Shown here in pieces: positions 17,899 to 22,396 of a stretch of 22,396 bases of DNA. Origin of the DNA: Octopus sinensis (taxonomy: Eukaryota). The first letter of the stretch is position 1. Each line of letters opens with the position of its first letter. Where the stretch lies: the NCBI RefSeq assembly GCF_006345805.1, contig NW_021836934.1:1-22396 (forward strand). Reading direction: 5' to 3'. The notes beneath the pieces were generated by a model. The model was not told where the DNA came from and ran no database searches. It saw nothing but the letters and a program-made list of their open reading frames with translations. The position numbers and the translations under genes are program-made.

Positions 17899-18259
17899 GT
17901 AGTAGTAGTAGTTGTGGTGGTGGTGATGGTGGTGGTAGTAACGCTGGTAGTGATAGTGGTGATGGTAGTAATGTTGGTGGTGAGGATGGTGGTGGTGGTG
18001 GTGATGATAGTGGTAGTGGTAGTAGTAGTATTAGTAGTAGCAGTGGTGGTGGTGATGGTGGTAATGGTGGTGGTAGTAGTGGTGATGTTGGTGGTGATGC
18101 CTGTAGAAGTATTAGTAGTGGTGGTTTGGGTGGTGGTTTGGGTGGTGGTATTGGTGCTGGTGTTGGTGGTGGTTTCGGCGGTGGTGTTCGTAGTGATGAT
18201 AGTGGCAGTGGTGGCGGTAGTAGTTGTCATTGTGGTAGTGGTGGTAGTAGTGATGATAA

Positions 18260-18313
<54 letters not shown>

Positions 18314-18335
18314 CAGCAGCAGCAGCACAAGCAGT
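17899..18335. repeat. (GGT/AGT/GAT/AGC)n trinucleotide mosaic
   Basis: Directly visible. Confidence 0.93.
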
Positions 18336-18402
18336 AACAGGTAGCTTTAATTAACTAAATATTAAACCATTCCTCTGTCTAAAAAAAAAAAAAGAATGAA
18401 CA

Positions 18403-18450
18403 ACAGCCTTAGTCGATTTTCGTTCCTCATTGAGCTCTCATCAGAGGTGT
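18403..18450 (-). ncRNA. Hammerhead-ribozyme-like motif, second copy of the 7981 family, stem II eroded
   Basis: The reverse complement reads ACACCT-CTGATGA-GAGCTCAATGAGGAAC-GAAA-ATCGAC-TA-AGG(C)TGT. Stem I ACACCT pairs with AGG(C)TGT. Confidence 0.6.
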
Positions 18451-18979
18451 GAACGACACTTGAACAATCCCAGAGAAACAAACACCTAGTCCGTCAATAT
18501 ACACACGTCAAATCTGATTGCTCCAGAGAGTATTTCTTTTGCTCTGAAGAGTTATTGTTGTGATTGCTGTTTTTGCTGTTGTTGTTTTGATGCAGATGTC
18601 CCTTAACAAAGTGGACCATTCGGTCAGACTTTTGTCAGTGTGTATGCAGGACTGAAGATGGATCCTCTGTTTATATAAAGACGGCAGGATGCGATTTCAG
18701 GGGATGGGTAATTGGCTGTTATTTCTAGGCAATCGAATGACCAAATTGTAGTACAGGCTTGTCTCGTTTCCTTGTAACGCTGTTGTAGTCGTCACTCTTT
18801 TTTGTTATTGCTGTTGTTGTTAAGGTCGCCATCGTCATTGTTGTATTAATTATTATTATAAGTTCTAATTCAGTAGACCTGTGTCCAAAGACGTTCCAAC
18901 CGCGACCATTTGTAGACCATTTTGTACTATAATCTTCATCCAATATGTCGGTGCGTTATGTAATTTTAGGAAGACTTGG

Positions 18980-19538
18980 TACTATTTTGATGATGATGAT
19001 GATGATGGCGATAACAATAATAATGCTGATGATGATGTACTACATCCTCCTCCTCCTCCTCCTCTTCATCATCATCATCAGCATCATCATCAGCAGCAGC
19101 AGAAACAGTAGAAACAGCAGCAGCAACTGTGTTATCGTGGAGAGGATTATGAAGCCTCTACTATCGCTGCTGTACAAGCTACTACAGGTGCTTTGACTAC
19201 AACCACCACTACTGTTGCTGCTGCTGCTGTTATTGTTATTGTAGTGGTTGTTATTGTTGTTGTTGATGATGATAATGATGATGATGATGACGACTTCGAC
19301 ACCATAAATGATAATTACGACGTCGACGGCGACGACTCTGTTGCTGCTAATGATGATGATGATGACGATATAATGACGACGGAGGCGAAGACGACGACGC
19401 CATTAATGATGACGACACTGCTGCTGCTTGCTGGAGCAGCTGATGATGATGGTGATGATGATGACGACGAAGACGACGACGTTGATGACGACGATGATGA
19501 TAATGATGAGATGATGATGAGGGTGATGATGGTGGTAG

Positions 19539-19573
<35 letters not shown>

Positions 19574-19810
19574 TTGGTAGTGGTGGTGGTGATGATGATG
19601 ATGACGACGACGACGAAGACGACGCCGTTACCGATGACAACGACGACGACGATAATGAGGGTGATGATGATAGTGGTGGTAATGTTGAGGGTGATGATGG
19701 TGGTGGTGGTGATGATGATGATGGCGATGGTGGTGATGGTGATGATAATCGTAGTGGTGGTGGTGATGATGGTGATGATGGTGGTGGTGGTGATGACGAC
19801 GAGGATTATG
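18980..19810. repeat. (GAT/GAC/CAT/GTT/GCT/CAG)n trinucleotide mosaic
   Basis: Directly visible; it is the source of the poly-D/M/V/T ORFs. Confidence 0.93.
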
Positions 19811-19920
19811 AGAATAAATTTCTTAAAGAAGCCATTCCCCCTTAACACAGCAACAGAATACAATAGAAGCGTGATTTAGTTGACATTTTTTAATAAAAAC
19901 AAACAAACAAATAATAGACG

Positions 19921-20082
19921 CAAGTGATGGTGGTGGGGTTAAAGACCTTTCTTTGCGACCACGTTGTTTCAGGTTCAACCCTGGTGCGAGGCACCCTGGG
20001 CAAGGGTCTACTATAGCAACCCCAGACACACCAATGCTTTGAGGGCGAACTTCATAATGGAAACTGGGTGGACGTCCACTGT
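19921..20082 (+). mobile_element. Old, diverged family A-related SINE, 5' half
   Basis: CAGGTTCAACCC..GGCACCCTGGGCAAGGGTCTACTATAGC..CCAATGCTTTGAG..GGAAACTG aligns loosely to 21288-21450. Confidence 0.7.
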
Positions 20083-20094
20083 ACAAATCTATGG

Positions 20095-20450
20095 TTGTGT
20101 CCGTGCCTGTGTCCGTGCGTGTGTGTGTGCGAGTTTGTGTCTATGTGTGTGAGCGAGTCTGAATGTGTGTGTATGTGTGCGGGTGTATGTGTGCGTGCGT
20201 AATTGTGTGAGAGTGTGTGTGCATGTGTGCATGAGTGTGTATGTGTGCGTGCGTGCAGGATAAATATGCAGGATACGTACATACAGATGCACACGCATAC
20301 ATACATACATATGCATACACACACATACATACATACATACATACATACACATGCAAACACACACACACACACATACATACGTACATGCATGCATGTATAG
20401 GCACACATACATACTGACCCACTGACCCACACACATGCGCACAAACAAGC
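20095..20450. repeat. TG-rich tract followed by a CA-rich tract
   Basis: Directly visible. Confidence 0.93.
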
Positions 20451-20479
20451 AAAAGGGAACGCAGTGTAAATAACGGACA

Positions 20480-20672
20480 GAGTCAAACTATTGAAAAGGT
20501 CGCAACACGCAACGAACATTTTAGAAAATAAAAATAAGAAATAAGTGGAAATTTTACCGGTGAGTGTGTTAAATAATAAGGCACTAAAAAGAGAATGACT
20601 CTCCCCAGACACAACGGAATATGCTTCAACACACGAACTCATATAAAGAATCTTGCAAACCAAATCCAAAAC
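20480..20672 (-). mobile_element. Dispersed repeat, unclassified (homologous to 13131-13199)
   Basis: Within-window homology on the opposite strand, including an exact 21-mer. Confidence 0.75.
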
Positions 20673-20715
20673 GAAATATATATGTATATATATATATGTT
20701 ATATATATTATATAT

Positions 20716-20765
<50 letters not shown>

Positions 20766-20768
<3 letters not shown>

Positions 20769-20968
20769 CGGGAAGCTTTATGAAACAAACAAAAGACGAA
20801 GGCAGGTGAAATATAAACAAACAATTGTATTAGTATGGCGCTCAGGGATAAAATAAAACAGTCTTTTACGTTTCGAGGCTACGCTCTTCGACAGAAAGAT
20901 ACACAGAAAGAAACACAGAAAGAAACAAGGAGAGAAAAAAATGCGTGCAGAAGCTAGCCAATCAACAT
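20766..20968 (-). mobile_element. Short Penelope-like or retrozyme-like repeat carrying a variant hammerhead motif at 20862-20899
   Basis: The reverse complement reads TCTTT-CTGTCGA-A-GAG(CGTAGC)CTC-GAAA-CG-TA-AAAGA: 5-bp stem I, palindromic ACGT stem III and a GUA triplet. The element is bounded by (TA)n. Confidence 0.55.
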
Positions 20969-20995
20969 ATTATATAGATATATATATATATATAT

Positions 20996-21064
<69 letters not shown>

Positions 21065-21082
21065 CATATATATATATCTATA

Positions 21083-21222
21083 TAGGAAGACAAAAAAAGG
21101 GACCAGAAGGCAAAACATCCAACCAGTTAAATTGAAATTCCAATGAAGGAGTCTTGGATCTAGGTAAGAAACCGGTTCTTTCTCTACTGGCAAGAAATCT
21201 TGAAATAAACTGAATAATGACA
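21083..21222 (+). repeat. Probable short dispersed repeat, unclassified
   Basis: Non-simple block between microsatellites containing GAAACCGGTT; recalled as repetitive in octopus, unverified. Confidence 0.3.
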
Positions 21223-21287
21223 TACATACATGCATATACGCATTAATCAATACATATATACGTACATTCATACAAACATACATATAT

Positions 21288-21700
21288 GGCGCAGGAGTGG
21301 CTGTGTGGTATGTAGCTTGCTTACCAACCACATGGTTCCGGGTTCAGTCCTACTGCGTGGCATCTTGGGCAAGTGTCTTCTGCTATAGCCCCGGGCCGGC
21401 CAATGCCTTGTGAGTGGATTTGGTAGACGGAAACTGAAAGAAGCCTGCGTATATATGTATATATATATATATGTCTGTGTGTGTGTGTGTATGTTTGTGT
21501 GTCTGTGTTTGCCCCCCTAGCATTGCTTGGCAACCGATGCTGGTGTGTTTACGTCCCCGTCACTTAGCGGTTCGGCAAAAGAGACCGATAGAATAAGTAC
21601 TGGGCTTACCAAGAATAAGTCCTGGGGTCGATTTGCTCGACTAAAGGCGGTGCTCCAGCATGGCCGCAGTCAAACAACTTGAACAAGTAAAGGAGTACAA
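21288..21700 (+). mobile_element. SINE family A, full length and least diverged copy
   Basis: GGCGCAGGAGTGGCTGTGTGGTA head, GGGTTCAGTCC B-box, CTTGGGCAAGTGTCTTCT core, internal (TA)/(TG) tract and GGTGCTCCAGCATGGCCGCAGTCAAA tail. Confidence 0.95.
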
Positions 21701-22396
21701 AGATATGCTAATCAATACATACATATACATATATATATATATATATACATATATATATAGATACATAATATAATATATATTATATATATATATATATATA
21801 TACTATATTATCATTACATATATTATACATATATATATATATATAATACATATATATATACATATATATCTACATATATACATATATATATACACATTAT
21901 CTATATATACATATTATATACACATATATATATATATATATTCTATAATATATATCTATATAATATATAGATATAGATATATATAGATATATACATACAA
22001 ACATAGAGTCTGTGGTCTAATTGAAGCAGATGCTATTACTTCAGGTGTTCAGAAACTTCTTGAAGAAACCTAATTCGATCAATAAGAAATAAATACAGAC
22101 CTTATCGGCTCAATCTAATCTATTGCCTTAATCTTAATCCTGATCGTTCGGTTTATCTCTTTCAGTTCAACAACACTGTTTGACTTGAGGATATCTGATC
22201 TTCTCATCCGTCTCGCTCTTCATCAAACACACGACCATGGATTCTTAATGTATCGCTGATCGCAGATACGGGACCATTCAAATACAATCTTTCGCAAAGC
22301 TTCTTCTTCATGTTTTTTTTTTATTATTTTCTAATTTATTAATTGTTTATTTTCACTCACGTTTTCTCCTCCTCCTCCTCCTCCTCCTATTTCAAG

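Larger units (their letters stand above)
20970..22000. repeat. (TA)n-dominated microsatellite tracts at 20970-21082 and 21715-22000 (also 20680-20765)
   Basis: Directly visible. Confidence 0.95.

Noticed and set aside
20486-20530. CTATTGA..GTCGC-AACAC-GCAAC-GAAC as a hammerhead
   Set aside because: The core, stem II and GAAA are all mismatched; too degenerate to call from one copy.
21138-21180. CCAATGA...GAAACCGGTT as a hammerhead
   Set aside because: The palindromic ACCGGT is suggestive, but the core has two mismatches and neither stem I nor stem II can be paired.
261-21533. The supplied ORFs rich in YI, CV, HT, SL, poly-D/M/V/T
   Set aside because: They are translations of di-, tri- and tetranucleotide repeats, open in several overlapping frames on both strands. 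Only 8362-8559 (mariner), part of 10559-11014 (Penelope RT) and the start of 12672-12917 (RTE) contain real but dead coding remnants.
21244-21721. TAATCAATACATA on both sides of the 21288 SINE as a TSD
   Set aside because: The left copy lies about 30 bp from the SINE start and both copies run into low-complexity sequence, so it is not a convincing TSD.

Overview
Animal non-coding DNA, AT-rich and saturated with repeats. The SINE families and the extreme microsatellite load point to an octopus genome; this is recognition from memory, not a database hit. I can support no host protein-coding exon, and nearly all supplied ORFs are translations of simple repeats. The window is a stack of mobile-element remnants. 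These are four tRNA-derived SINE families in about 15 full or partial copies (two insertions have clear 14-bp TSDs), two decayed RTE-clade LINE 3' ends, a Penelope-like RT fragment, C-terminal fragments of a restriction-like-endonuclease (R4/HERO-type) retrotransposon, a mariner transposase remnant, and a 552-bp mariner foldback element with ~220-bp inverted arms. Three signals are not explained by an ordinary annotation. (1) At least six type I hammerhead-ribozyme-like motifs sit in short dispersed repeats, one of them (9066-9111) folding completely; this suggests several families of ribozyme-bearing non-autonomous Penelope/retrozyme-like elements. (2) An ~850-bp degenerate 18-bp minisatellite carries 12 TGCATG hexamers. 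(3) Template switching appears to have made several hairpins inside the elements.
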